Positions 10,411-19,819 of a stretch of DNA of 64,000 nt are shown in pieces. Below the pieces are notes generated by a model. It ran no database searches, had not been told where the DNA came from, and saw nothing but the letters and a program-made list of their open reading frames with translations. Both the position numbers and the translations under genes were made by a program. Origin of the DNA: Bacilli bacterium (lineage in GTDB: Bacteria; Bacillota_I; Bacilli_A; ML615J-28; CAG-698); contig JAQUYR010000001.1 in NCBI GenBank assembly GCA_028691715.1, positions 22,307 through 86,306 on the forward strand. Direction: 5' to 3'. Position 1 is the first letter of the stretch, and each line of letters starts with the position of its first letter.

Positions 10411-10820
10411 TCGCTGATGATCCTTTTTACTTTTTCTTTTAAATCTCTATCAGCATATACTGCTTTTACTAAATCCGTTCTCTTTCTTCTTGGAATTTCT
10501 AAACTGTTTTGAATCTGCTCTAGAAGAAAGTGTTCTTCTACTGAATAAAACTCATCCGATAAAGAAGCACTTAAAAGATTTAGGAAAACAAGATTTTTTG
10601 TGACTTTAGGCTTTGTAGCAAAATAATCGATTAATTTTTCCAGTGATAAATTACTCTTGCGATATCTAAGAGCATCATCACCCATTTCATATTTCAGTTT
10701 ATTAACGATTTGCATTTCCAATTCGTTGGTTGCTCCATCAATAGAAATAACCTTTCCTAACAAGTCAATGAAATAATACTTTTCTTCTTTGGTTAATAAA
10801 TTTAAAAGCATTTTAATCAC
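10407..10820 (-). CDS. Hypothetical small helical protein (TerB-like?)
   Basis: 137 aa, no TM. Repeated D/E-rich helical segments (IDGATNELE...VEEHFLLEQIQ). Sits where yazA or yabA would be in Bacillus. Confidence 0.35.
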   Translation of the reverse strand: MIKMLLNLLTKEEKYYFIDLLGKVISIDGATNELEMQIVNKLKYEMGDDALRYRKSNLSLEKLIDYFATKPKVTKNLVFLNLLSASLSDEFYSVEEHFLLEQIQNSLEIPRRKRTDLVKAVYADRDLKEKVKRIISE

Positions 10821-10880
10821 TCCTTTTCCTGAATAAATTATATCACATCTTTATATTTTTTAAAATATACAATATTTAGT

Positions 10881-11609
10881 TTAATGCATATTAAATATTT
10901 GTCTAACTTCTTCGGTGTATGTTTTATCTTCGTTATAAACAAAAAGAGGCTTCACGACAGTAACATCCGCTTTTTTATTCTTCCTAGCTTCTATTAAAAC
11001 GAGAAGAGCTTTTTCATCTGTAATTTTCGAATGAACAAAGCGCATCTTTTTTATTCCAAAACCATGTTTTGTAAAGATTTCAATGATATCGGGAAGTCTT
11101 TCACAACGATGGACCATATACAAAAATCCACCATCCCCCAATAACTTTTTACTTTCTATGATGATATCCTCTAGAGTTATTAAAACTTCATGACGAGCGA
11201 TTGTCAAATAATCATTTTTATTGATATTGCTTGTTGGAATATATTTAAAATATGGAGGGTTAGTCGCGACTATATCAAATGTATTTGCGCCAACAATCTT
11301 ATATATTCCCTTAATATCACCATTTATTAGTTCTATCTGCTGAGTCAAATTGTTTAACTCAACACTTTTTTTTGCTAATTCGTAGACATCCTTCTGAATT
11401 TCAACTCCATATATTTTAGCCTTTGTTTTAATTGTTAAAAATAAAGGAATAGGACCATTACCAGTTCCCAAGTCGATTATTTTTTGAGGGCTATTGCTGA
11501 CATTGATGAAATCTGCGAGCAAGGTTGAGTCCAGAGAAAATCTTAACATATCATCTCTTTGAATTATTTTTATACGCTTATACCCTAATAATTCATGAAT
11601 GTTTTCCAT
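10881..11609 (-). CDS. tRNA (adenine-N6)-methyltransferase-like, YabB/TrmN6 family
   Basis: 242 aa; SAM motif DLGTGNGPIPL and N6-MTase motif NPPY (ATNPPYF). Confidence 0.7.
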   Translation of the reverse strand: MENIHELLGYKRIKIIQRDDMLRFSLDSTLLADFINVSNSPQKIIDLGTGNGPIPLFLTIKTKAKIYGVEIQKDVYELAKKSVELNNLTQQIELINGDIKGIYKIVGANTFDIVATNPPYFKYIPTSNINKNDYLTIARHEVLITLEDIIIESKKLLGDGGFLYMVHRCERLPDIIEIFTKHGFGIKKMRFVHSKITDEKALLVLIEARKNKKADVTVVKPLFVYNEDKTYTEEVRQIFNMH

Positions 11610-11617
11610 GTTTTTCC

Positions 11618-12475
11618 CTATTCGTCAATTACATCATCAGTCAAATCATTTTCTGAAATTACTTCTTTATGGCTAGAAACCTTTTCAACTTCTTTGGCTT
11701 CCCAGTCATCTATCTTTTCTTCATTATCGATTGTCTTTATTCTTTCTCTTAAGAAATCCACACTGATTACACGACAATTTTGGCATTTAGGAGTGTTAAC
11801 AATATCACCAACCAGAGGGATTCGGTTTCTTATTTCTTCATATGTTGAATTCTCATAACCGATACAACACATCAGTTTTCCACAAAGACCAGCAACTTTG
11901 GAAGCACTAAGGGTCATTCCCTGATCTTTAGCCATTTTCATCGTCACCAAATCGAATTCTCTTAAATGTGTTTTGCAACAAACCTCTCGTCCACAACAAC
12001 CAATACCACCCAAGAATTTTGCTCCTTCACGTGGTCCAACTTGTCTTAGTTCTATTCTTACCCGAAACTCTGCTGCCAAATCCTTTAACAACTCCCGGAA
12101 ATCAACCCTGCCGTCAGCATTATAATAGATTATAATCTTCTGGTGATCTAGAGTATACTCACAATCCAAAAGTTTCATTTCTAGTTTGTGCTTTTTTATT
12201 ATTCTAGCGCAATCCTTTAGAGCTTTTTTTGCTCTTTCTAAATTATCATTGTAATTCTTTATATCATATTTATTGGCAACTCGCATTACCGACTTTAATT
12301 CATGTTCAAGGCTGTCATCAGCTAATTCTCTAATTCCTAGAGTAACACATCCCAATTCAAGTCCTCTAATTGTCTCAACAATTACTTTGTCTCCTATATT
12401 TAAATTGAAAGGAGTGGGATTAAACCAATATACTTTACCAACATCCTTAAATGTTATTCCAACCACTTTTACCAT
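11618..12475 (-). CDS. ricT: PSP1-domain protein (RicT/YaaT family)
   Basis: 285 aa; PSP1 C-terminal domain with Cys cluster (GCCGREVCCKTH...CGKLMCC). Conserved position between holB and yabB. Confidence 0.8.
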   Translation of the reverse strand: MVKVVGITFKDVGKVYWFNPTPFNLNIGDKVIVETIRGLELGCVTLGIRELADDSLEHELKSVMRVANKYDIKNYNDNLERAKKALKDCARIIKKHKLEMKLLDCEYTLDHQKIIIYYNADGRVDFRELLKDLAAEFRVRIELRQVGPREGAKFLGGIGCCGREVCCKTHLREFDLVTMKMAKDQGMTLSASKVAGLCGKLMCCIGYENSTYEEIRNRIPLVGDIVNTPKCQNCRVISVDFLRERIKTIDNEEKIDDWEAKEVEKVSSHKEVISENDLTDDVIDE

Positions 12476-12477
12476 AA

Positions 12478-13449
12478 TTACCTCGCTATCTCAATTAACA
12501 TTTGTAGATACATCAATTCCAAATTAACGTTATATTTTATTCTTTGTTTATACTCTAAAATTTTTTCGACCCTAATAAATGCTTCTTTAATATTTTCATT
12601 ATCGTCAGATTCGACACTTGTGAAGACGATCTCTTCCATTTGGCCTAATTTTCGATAAATCCTATCATTGGTTATTGTTGCCATTAGATCAAGAAAAATA
12701 TTGTGATACTTCTTATCTTTTTCATATAGAAGAAATTTTCCTTCATCATTCATTATCAACTCAGGGTTTTCTTTCCCATATAACAATGCCCGATTTATTT
12801 TCTTAACGAGTTCTATTATTTGAACAATCTTATTTTCTTTGATCAAAGTTAGCCCTTCATCAATATCATTGGTCAAAAAGGATAAAACCCGAGAGATTTC
12901 CTCTTCGAATCCTCTTTCACGATATTCAGAGATGACAACATTTCTCGGTACCTTTGCAAAGGATACTATCTGTGATCGTGATTTGATTGTTGATATAACA
13001 TTTTGTAAACTTTCCGTTGTTAAAATACCGTAGGTCCCAATATTTGTTTCCTCCAAAAATTTTAACAATCTGTTAGCCGCCTCAGGAGTAGCCCTATCAA
13101 TATCTTCAATTATAAATACCCTGACACCCTTTTCTAAGGAAACCCTGGAGAATTCATGCTCAAGTTCATCAACCTGACTTTTTAGAATACTCCCCTTACC
13201 TTCTTGCTTTATTGTGAATATTCGGGGATGATTACCATTCCTGATTCTTTTGCATGACAAGCATTCACCACATGGTTTCTCTTCTCCTTCACACATAACT
13301 AAAGAAGCCAAGTAATAGGCTGCTTCCATTTTAGGAGTTCCTTTAGCGCCTTCAAATAAATAGATACCAACCAATCTATCCTTCTTCAGACTATTATGAA
13401 GTAGTTTTACTACTTGTGGCTGGGTCCTTTCTAAAGTGCTAAAATCCAT
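12478..13449 (-). CDS. holB: DNA polymerase III subunit delta'
   Basis: 323 aa; AAA+ clamp-loader fold, zinc module CGECLSCKRI. Follows tmk. Confidence 0.85.
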   Translation of the reverse strand: MDFSTLERTQPQVVKLLHNSLKKDRLVGIYLFEGAKGTPKMEAAYYLASLVMCEGEEKPCGECLSCKRIRNGNHPRIFTIKQEGKGSILKSQVDELEHEFSRVSLEKGVRVFIIEDIDRATPEAANRLLKFLEETNIGTYGILTTESLQNVISTIKSRSQIVSFAKVPRNVVISEYRERGFEEEISRVLSFLTNDIDEGLTLIKENKIVQIIELVKKINRALLYGKENPELIMNDEGKFLLYEKDKKYHNIFLDLMATITNDRIYRKLGQMEEIVFTSVESDDNENIKEAFIRVEKILEYKQRIKYNVNLELMYLQMLIEIAR

Positions 13450-13458
13450 TTTATCCTC

Positions 13459-14079
13459 CTAAATATTTTCAAAAACTATCTTTTTAACTGCAAGATAAAC
13501 CTCTTCAAGATTACCATTACCATCAACTATTTTAATTCTCTCAGGGAATCTTCTCACTAATTCCAAATATCCCTCGCGAACGCGATGATGAAAATCCATT
13601 TGTTCTAGATCAAGACGGTCCTTACTGCGATTGTTTTTGCTAATCCTGCTCAAACCCTCTTCAGGAATGACATCAATAAAAATGGTTAAGTCAGGAAGTA
13701 ATCCTCCTGTAGCATAGTAGTTTAAATTGTAAACCTCATCAATACCTAAACCCCTAGCATACCCCTGATATGCTAAAGAAGAATCAATATAGCGATCACA
13801 AATTACCAGATATCCTTCATTTAAAGCTGGCTTCACTATCTCTTCTAAATGTTGGCGCCTACTGGCAGCATATAGAAGCGCTTCTGTAATATAATCCATT
13901 TTAACATTTTCAACCCCTAGAATGACGTTTCTGATCTGCTCTGAAATTTTTGAGCCACCAGGTTCCCGCGATTTAAGAACTTTTATTCCTTTTTCTTCTA
14001 AGTCTTTAACCAAGCGATTAATAATTGTAGTCTTTCCACTACCCTCTCCGCCTTCAAATGTTATAAACCGTTTATTCAT
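13459..14079 (-). CDS. tmk: Thymidylate kinase
   Basis: 206 aa; P-loop FITFEGGEGSGKTT, DRY-like motif. Confidence 0.9.
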   Translation of the reverse strand: MNKRFITFEGGEGSGKTTIINRLVKDLEEKGIKVLKSREPGGSKISEQIRNVILGVENVKMDYITEALLYAASRRQHLEEIVKPALNEGYLVICDRYIDSSLAYQGYARGLGIDEVYNLNYYATGGLLPDLTIFIDVIPEEGLSRISKNNRSKDRLDLEQMDFHHRVREGYLELVRRFPERIKIVDGNGNLEEVYLAVKKIVFENI

Positions 14080-14206
14080 AATTCCACCTGCTCATTATCT
14101 TAAAATAGTTTATATTATATTATCTCACATTATGCATAAAAAGGAAAGTATTTTTCTTGTTTTAATCGCGCTTTTATGATAAAATTATTATGTATGGAGA
14201 TTCAAT

Positions 14207-14860
14207 ATGAGAGTAACTGTAAATAATCTGACTTTTGCATATACCCAAAAACTAGTTTTGAATAAAGTAAATTTCTCCTTAAAAAGTGGAGATTTTTTAA
14301 CCATTCATGGTAAAAACGGTAGTGGCAAGAGCACAATGATTAAGTGCTTTTTAAAACTTTTGAAAGTTCCTGATGGATCTATCCTTCTTGATGATGTTGA
14401 TATCAATCATTTAAAGACATTTTCCAATATTGGATATGTTCCTCAGAAAAATGAGTTTAATTATGAATTTCCAATCACCGTGTTTGAAATCCTGTCTTGT
14501 GCTTATAACAAAAAGCGAGATGCTTTCTATACTTCAATTATTAATTCCTTTGATTTAAATAAAATATATCATGAAAATATAAACAATCTCTCTGGGGGAC
14601 AAATCCAAAGAGTATTTATTGCCCGTAGTTTACTGAACAATCCTAAATTGTTGATTCTGGATGAACCAACAGTGGGAGTAGATGTTGACAATGTTAGAAC
14701 ATTGCACAGAATTCTAGCTGATTTAAAAAAACAATCGATAACAATTATTCTTGTCAGTCATGATCTCGACTTTTGCAAGGACTTAACTGATTATTGCCTG
14801 GTTTTGAATGAACTTGGTGATTATCACTTTGGAAAGTTAGGTGATGAAGATGTTTCTTGA
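14207..14860 (+). CDS. Metal (Zn/Mn-type, ABC-3 family) ABC transporter ATP-binding protein
   Basis: 217 aa; Walker A GKNGSGKST, signature LSGGQ, Walker B LLILDEP. Overlaps permease start (GTG at 14841). Confidence 0.7.
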   Translation: MRVTVNNLTFAYTQKLVLNKVNFSLKSGDFLTIHGKNGSGKSTMIKCFLKLLKVPDGSILLDDVDINHLKTFSNIGYVPQKNEFNYEFPITVFEILSCAYNKKRDAFYTSIINSFDLNKIYHENINNLSGGQIQRVFIARSLLNNPKLLILDEPTVGVDVDNVRTLHRILADLKKQSITIILVSHDLDFCKDLTDYCLVLNELGDYHFGKLGDEDVS

Positions 14861-15719
14861 TAGTTTTTTTAGAGCTGTCATTGAGTATGACTTCATTCTA
14901 TATGCTTTGATTGCTGGTATTATTGTTGGTGTCCTTGCCCCATTAATCGGTACTGTTGTTGTCATCAGACGTCTTGCCTTTATCGCTGATACCCTTAGTC
15001 ATTTTTCTTTAGCTGGAGTATGTTTTGGTGTCTTTCTTGCTAAATTAATCACCATTGATGGTTTCGATCCTGCTTTCATGGGAATTATCTTCAGTATAGC
15101 TGGTACATTTTTAATAGAAAAACTGCGAAGTTTCTATAAGAATTATAAAGAATTATCAATGCCTATTGTTATGAGTTTCGGAGTTGCTTTGAGTGGATTA
15201 TTCATCAATTTAAGCAACAATGTGGACTCCAAATTTACAACTAGTTTACTTTTCGGATCAATTTATTCTGTCTCTGTTACTAACCTGATTGTCATTATCG
15301 TTATTGCCATTGTCATATTCCTTTTTATCTTCACAAATTACAAAAAAATTGTTACTCTTTGTTTTGATGAAACTTATGCTGCTGTTGCTGGTATCAATGT
15401 TAAAGCCCTACAGCTGGTTTTAACGATTATTCTTGCTCTGGTAATCTCATTATTTATTGATATCGTTGGTGTTTTATTGATATCATCCCTGATGATTATC
15501 CCGGTAGCTGCTGCTATTTTAGTCGGTGATTCCTTCTTAAATACTGTTATCACCTCTATTGCATTTAGTGAGGTTTCTTTGCTCTTAGGTTTTGTTATCA
15601 GTTATCATGCCAACCTGACAACAGGTCCTGTAATAATTCTAATAAACATTCTAATTTTGATCATAATCATGTCTTTCAATAAGATTAAGAAATCGCATTA
15701 TAAAGCGAGTGAAAAATAA
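14841..15719 (+). CDS. Metal ABC transporter permease (ZnuB/MntB-like, ABC-3 family)
   Basis: 292 aa; 7-8 hydrophobic segments. GTG start overlapping the ATPase stop. Confidence 0.7.
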   Translation: MMKMFLDSFFRAVIEYDFILYALIAGIIVGVLAPLIGTVVVIRRLAFIADTLSHFSLAGVCFGVFLAKLITIDGFDPAFMGIIFSIAGTFLIEKLRSFYKNYKELSMPIVMSFGVALSGLFINLSNNVDSKFTTSLLFGSIYSVSVTNLIVIIVIAIVIFLFIFTNYKKIVTLCFDETYAAVAGINVKALQLVLTIILALVISLFIDIVGVLLISSLMIIPVAAAILVGDSFLNTVITSIAFSEVSLLLGFVISYHANLTTGPVIILINILILIIIMSFNKIKKSHYKASEK

Positions 15720-15755
15720 AAAATCGGACTACAATGGACCGATTTTTTATTTTGC
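15716..15755. terminator. Bidirectional terminator between the metal permease (+) and truA (-)
   Basis: AAAAAUCGG...CCGAUUUUU stem with T-runs on both strands, between convergent genes. Confidence 0.5.
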
Positions 15756-16484
15756 TCAATAATACACCTTATATAGATATAATCCTGAAGCAGGAGCAAT
15801 TTTAGGGGCAAAAACCCTGTTTTTTTCCTCTGTAATTACTTTTAGCTGTTCCTTTGAATATTTACCTCTTCCAACTTCTAGCCACATAGCAACCAAAATT
15901 CTAACCATGTTATGCATGAATCCTGAACCGATAATTTTAATCGTTAACAGGTCTTTATCCCAAAAAAAATCAATAGAATAAATTTCTCTGGTAGTATTTA
16001 ATAATTTCTTGTTTTTTGTAAAGGAACGAAAATCATGTTTACCAACAAATGATTTGGCAACCTCTTCTAAAAGTTGGCGGTCAATATTTCGAAAATGACA
16101 GTAATAGCGATAATTTCTATATAATGGATTGAATTCTCCAAAATCAATCATATAATGATATTCTTTCTTAACAGCATTAAATCTGGCATGAAATGAATCA
16201 TCAACCTTCTCCACCTTTGTCAGATAAATATCTTTGGGTAAGCGGGAATTAATCGCGTTTTGCATATTCCAACACCCCATAATTATATCACTGTCAAAAT
16301 GGAATACCTGTCCATAGGCATGAACACCAGTATCGGTTCTTCCAGAAGGATAAATTATCGTCTTACATTTATTGATTATCAATAAAACATCTTCGATTTC
16401 TTTCTGTACCGTTCTTAAATCATCTTGAATTTGAAAGCCATGAAAATTAGTACCATCATAACTAACTGTACATTTATAACGCAT
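15756..16484 (-). CDS. truA: tRNA pseudouridine(38-40) synthase
   Basis: 242 aa; MRYKCTVSYDGTNFHGFQIQ N-terminus, catalytic RTDTGVHA. Confidence 0.9.
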   Translation of the reverse strand: MRYKCTVSYDGTNFHGFQIQDDLRTVQKEIEDVLLIINKCKTIIYPSGRTDTGVHAYGQVFHFDSDIIMGCWNMQNAINSRLPKDIYLTKVEKVDDSFHARFNAVKKEYHYMIDFGEFNPLYRNYRYYCHFRNIDRQLLEEVAKSFVGKHDFRSFTKNKKLLNTTREIYSIDFFWDKDLLTIKIIGSGFMHNMVRILVAMWLEVGRGKYSKEQLKVITEEKNRVFAPKIAPASGLYLYKVYY

Positions 16485-17523
16485 AACAGATCCTCACAAT
16501 AATAGTAGCAGATAGCAGTAAAACACAAAAAGCTAGTGTTACATAGTCTTTCATCTGATATTTTAGTTCATTGACACTTGTTCGTGGCGCATCAGGAATA
16601 TAGCCTCTAGCTTCCATGGCATCAGCTAAATCGTATGCTCTTTTATAAGCAATAACAAACATCGGTACAAGTAGTGATATGATTTGCATCACTTTTGCGC
16701 CGATTTTCCCCTCTTTAAAATCCACTCCTCTTGAAGCTTGTGCCTTCAAAATTTTTTCTGCTTCATTTATCAATGTGGGGATAAATCTAAGCGCTATCGA
16801 AATCATCATTGTTAAGGTTGAAACCTTAACTCCTAGATATTTTAAAGGTTTTAAAATTGCTTCTAGACCATTATTTAAATCTGTTGGTTTAGTCGTTAAG
16901 GTTAGCAGTGAAGAGATGAATAGTAAAGATATAATTCTTAAAACGATATATAAAGACATCAACAATCCAGAATCATAAATCCTAATGTTGTAGCTAAACA
17001 AGGTATAGGAATAATTCATTTTGTATTGAATGAAAAAACTCAATAGTAAAATAAAAGTAAACAACAAAGTTCGTAAATTCTTAATAAATTTTTTTGATAA
17101 GAAATAAAAAACTAGCAGAAAAACTATTATTAAAGCGTTGATGATATCCATATTAAAGGATAAAGTCATCAACAAGGTTCCATCTTTACGAAAAATCAAC
17201 TGAAAAAAGAAAGTGAACAGAAGAATAAATGATACCATTTTTAAACTATTCAAAAATTTTAAAAGGGGAATTTTACTTGTAGCGATAATTACTAAAGTAA
17301 AGACTAAAATACCGCTTAAGATATAAACATTTTTTATTATAAATAACGATATCATATAGAGAAAAACAGCTATCAATTTAGTGCGAGGATCCAGGCGATG
17401 AATCCAGGAATCCGAATTATAATACTGTCCAAAAACAATTTTTTCATTCATGGCTTTCACCAAGAACCCGGTAGAGTTCAGAATAGGCATCCTTGATACT
17501 GTATTGATGAATATCAATATCAA
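16474..17523 (-). CDS. ecfT: ECF transporter transmembrane component EcfT (true start probably internal, near 17451)
   Basis: Multi-TM protein with the conserved EcfT C-terminal region. The ORF-track start overlaps ecfA2 by 80 nt; internal MNEKIVFGQYY...HRLDPRTKL fits typical EcfT N-termini. Confidence 0.8.
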   Translation of the reverse strand: MILIFINTVSRMPILNSTGFLVKAMNEKIVFGQYYNSDSWIHRLDPRTKLIAVFLYMISLFIIKNVYILSGILVFTLVIIATSKIPLLKFLNSLKMVSFILLFTFFFQLIFRKDGTLLMTLSFNMDIINALIIVFLLVFYFLSKKFIKNLRTLLFTFILLLSFFIQYKMNYSYTLFSYNIRIYDSGLLMSLYIVLRIISLLFISSLLTLTTKPTDLNNGLEAILKPLKYLGVKVSTLTMMISIALRFIPTLINEAEKILKAQASRGVDFKEGKIGAKVMQIISLLVPMFVIAYKRAYDLADAMEARGYIPDAPRTSVNELKYQMKDYVTLAFCVLLLSATIIVRICYAL

Positions 17524-18316
17524 TATTCAATTTTTCTTTGATTTCAATCATCAACTTCATCAATTCAGGATAGTCCAAATTGTGTTCCATTAAAATATCT
17601 TCTCTAGTAAACAATTCTTTTTTATCGCCATCGTAAACAATTCTAGCATCATCCATAACAATTACTCGCCTAGCAACGTCACTAACCACTTCCATGTCAT
17701 GGGTGATGATGATAATTGTCTTGTGCTCTTCCTCATTTATCTTTTTTAGTAAACTCAACAGTTCTTTTTTACCAAAAGGATCTAATCCGACCGTCGGCTC
17801 ATCTAAAATCAATATATCAGGATTGCTCGCTAATATTCCAGAGATAGCCACCTTACGCATTTGTCCTCCGGATATAGCAAAAGGACTTTTTTCAAGAATA
17901 TCCTCATCTAAGCCCACCATTTTGGCGACTTCTTTAGCTCTAGTTAAAGCCTCCTGAGAAGTCATACCAAAATTTTTAGGTCCAAAGATGATATCCTTGA
18001 TCACTGTTTCCTCAAAAAGCTGGTATTCAGGGAATTGAAAAACTAGTCCCACTTTTTTCCTGATGGGCTTTAGTTTAATATTGCTCTTTTTACTTATTAA
18101 TGTCCCTAAAATATTAACCTTACCATTTGTAGCAAAGAGAAGCGCGTTCATCAATTGAACCAGTGTACTCTTACCACTACCTGTGTGGCCAACTATCGCA
18201 ATAAACTCATCTCTTTCTTCAATGTTTAAATCTATATCCTTCAAGACGAAGTTTGCTTGTTGATTTTTTTTAGGAGCATAGTAAGCAAAATTTACTTTTT
18301 GAAAGTTAATTGCCAT
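17444..18316 (-). CDS. ecfA2: ECF transporter ATPase EcfA2
   Basis: 290 aa; Walker A GHTGSGKST, ABC signature, Walker B ILILDEP. Second ATPase of the ecfA1-ecfA2-ecfT-truA arrangement. Confidence 0.85.
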   Translation of the reverse strand: MAINFQKVNFAYYAPKKNQQANFVLKDIDLNIEERDEFIAIVGHTGSGKSTLVQLMNALLFATNGKVNILGTLISKKSNIKLKPIRKKVGLVFQFPEYQLFEETVIKDIIFGPKNFGMTSQEALTRAKEVAKMVGLDEDILEKSPFAISGGQMRKVAISGILASNPDILILDEPTVGLDPFGKKELLSLLKKINEEEHKTIIIITHDMEVVSDVARRVIVMDDARIVYDGDKKELFTREDILMEHNLDYPELMKLMIEIKEKLNIDIDIHQYSIKDAYSELYRVLGESHE

Positions 18317-19101
18317 AATAGATCCTCTATTTCTTCTCTATTCTTTAATTTATTATCCTCTTTTATTCTTTTAATCAATTTCATACTGCACAGAATATCG
18401 AGATTTGCTTCTAATAAAATCTCTTTTTCCTTAAACACATTTTCTGGAGTATCATTTAAAACTATTTCTCCATCATTCATAACAATCACTCTGTCCGCAT
18501 ATAAGGCTTCTTGAAGATTATGAGTAATCGAAATTATCGTTTTAAATCCCTTAAGCTTGTTAATCATCGCTGTTACTTCTCTTACTCCCTTTGGGTCTAG
18601 CATCGATGTCGCTTCATCAAAAATAATAACCTCAGGATGGCATGCTAAAACACCAGCAATCGCTACTCTTTGTTTTTCGCCACCGGATAGATTTTCTGGA
18701 TTGTAGTCCATAAATTTAGACATGTTTGTTAGATTAGCATATTGCTCAATTCTACTAAGCATTTCTTCTCTTTCAATCTGGCGATTCTCTAAGCCAAAGG
18801 CAATATCATCCTTAACAGTTACCCCAACAAATTGATTATCCGGATTCTGAAATACTATCCCAACATTTCTCCTCACTTCATCAATGGTGTTTTCCGATAT
18901 CAAAATATTATTGACATATATTTCCCCACTTTTTGGTTCCAATAAACCAACTATCAATTTCGCTAAGGTTGATTTACCACTACCATTATGCCCCAATATA
19001 CAAACAAATTCCCCTTTTTCAATTTCTAATGATATATTCTTAATGGCAACATCTTTCCTTGTATACTGAAAATTTAAATCCTTAATTTCAATTATTTTCA
19101 T
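18292..19101 (-). CDS. ecfA1: ECF transporter ATPase EcfA1
   Basis: 269 aa; Walker A GHNGSGKST, LSGGEKQR signature. Confidence 0.85.
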   Translation of the reverse strand: MKIIEIKDLNFQYTRKDVAIKNISLEIEKGEFVCILGHNGSGKSTLAKLIVGLLEPKSGEIYVNNILISENTIDEVRRNVGIVFQNPDNQFVGVTVKDDIAFGLENRQIEREEMLSRIEQYANLTNMSKFMDYNPENLSGGEKQRVAIAGVLACHPEVIIFDEATSMLDPKGVREVTAMINKLKGFKTIISITHNLQEALYADRVIVMNDGEIVLNDTPENVFKEKEILLEANLDILCSMKLIKRIKEDNKLKNREEIEDLLWQLTFKK

Positions 19102-19111
19102 ATATCTTCTC

Positions 19112-19552
19112 CTAAGATATTATTTCGATTTCACTGGTTACTAATTTAACCACTATTCCATTTGTACAAACTATTGGTGATCCTAAAAATTTATATATTC
19201 GCATCTTCATACAATAGTGATTTTTACAGCTCGCATCAATCATTTTTATTTCATCATAGGTTATCGATACTGTATTATAAAAATCTTTACTGATATCATA
19301 AATGAATTCGTATTCCTGACCATCAGCGTTTATCTTCAGTAAATCATTACTCCCAGTAATAGAAACTTCAATATTGGTATCTTCTTTTAAATCAACACTA
19401 TAAATAACATCATTATTATATAAAACCTGAACACTGATGTTATCCCCCTCAAGTTTGTTACTTATGTAGCCAAAATAAAAGGCTATGGATATCATTAAAA
19501 CTATTCCTATAATCAAATAATCAAGTTTTTTCATAGTCGCCTCTATTAACAT
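19112..19552 (-). CDS. NusG domain II-containing membrane-anchored protein (DUF1312-like)
   Basis: 146 aa; N-terminal TM helix then a beta-rich domain with CKNHYC...IVCTNG Cys pairs. This family commonly precedes ECF modules. Confidence 0.55.
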   Translation of the reverse strand: MLIEATMKKLDYLIIGIVLMISIAFYFGYISNKLEGDNISVQVLYNNDVIYSVDLKEDTNIEVSITGSNDLLKINADGQEYEFIYDISKDFYNTVSITYDEIKMIDASCKNHYCMKMRIYKFLGSPIVCTNGIVVKLVTSEIEIIS

Positions 19553-19643
19553 ATTATTTTACCATTTTTTATTGATATATGCAAATCATTTGTCCTCAAG
19601 GTATAAGCATTAAAAAAGACATGAAATATATCATGTCCTTTAA

Positions 19644-19745
19644 TCAAACCGTGAATCCAATACAGATAATCAATCCCAGTAAACATATTAAAATAAACAG
19701 AAAAATCATTTTTTCTTCTCGAGAAAGCAAGCGATTTTTATCCAT
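19644..19745 (-). CDS. Candidate 33-aa hydrophobic micro-protein (MDKNRLLSREEKMIFLFILICLLGLIICIGFTV)
   Basis: Not in ORF track (under 60 aa). ATG preceded by GGAGG at 5-nt spacing; TATAAT-like -10 upstream; one predicted TM helix; lies upstream of the ECF operon. Confidence 0.25.
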   Translation of the reverse strand: MDKNRLLSREEKMIFLFILICLLGLIICIGFTV

Positions 19746-19819
19746 ATTGACCTCCAAAAATAACATTATACTTATATAACAAATAACTCCTCGTTTTTTA
19801 TTGTATAAATTTTATTTTT

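Noticed and set aside
14080-14206. Search for a Zur/AdcR/MntR box between tmk and the metal ABC transporter genes
   Set aside because: Only a generic TTATGCATAA palindrome is present. It matches none of the known metal-regulator operators (CGTAAT-type Zur box, TTAACnnGTTAA AdcR box).
19579-19779. 66-aa plus-strand ORF upstream of the ECF operon
   Set aside because: It is antisense to the better-supported 33-aa minus-strand micro-ORF and its RBS. No RBS of its own.
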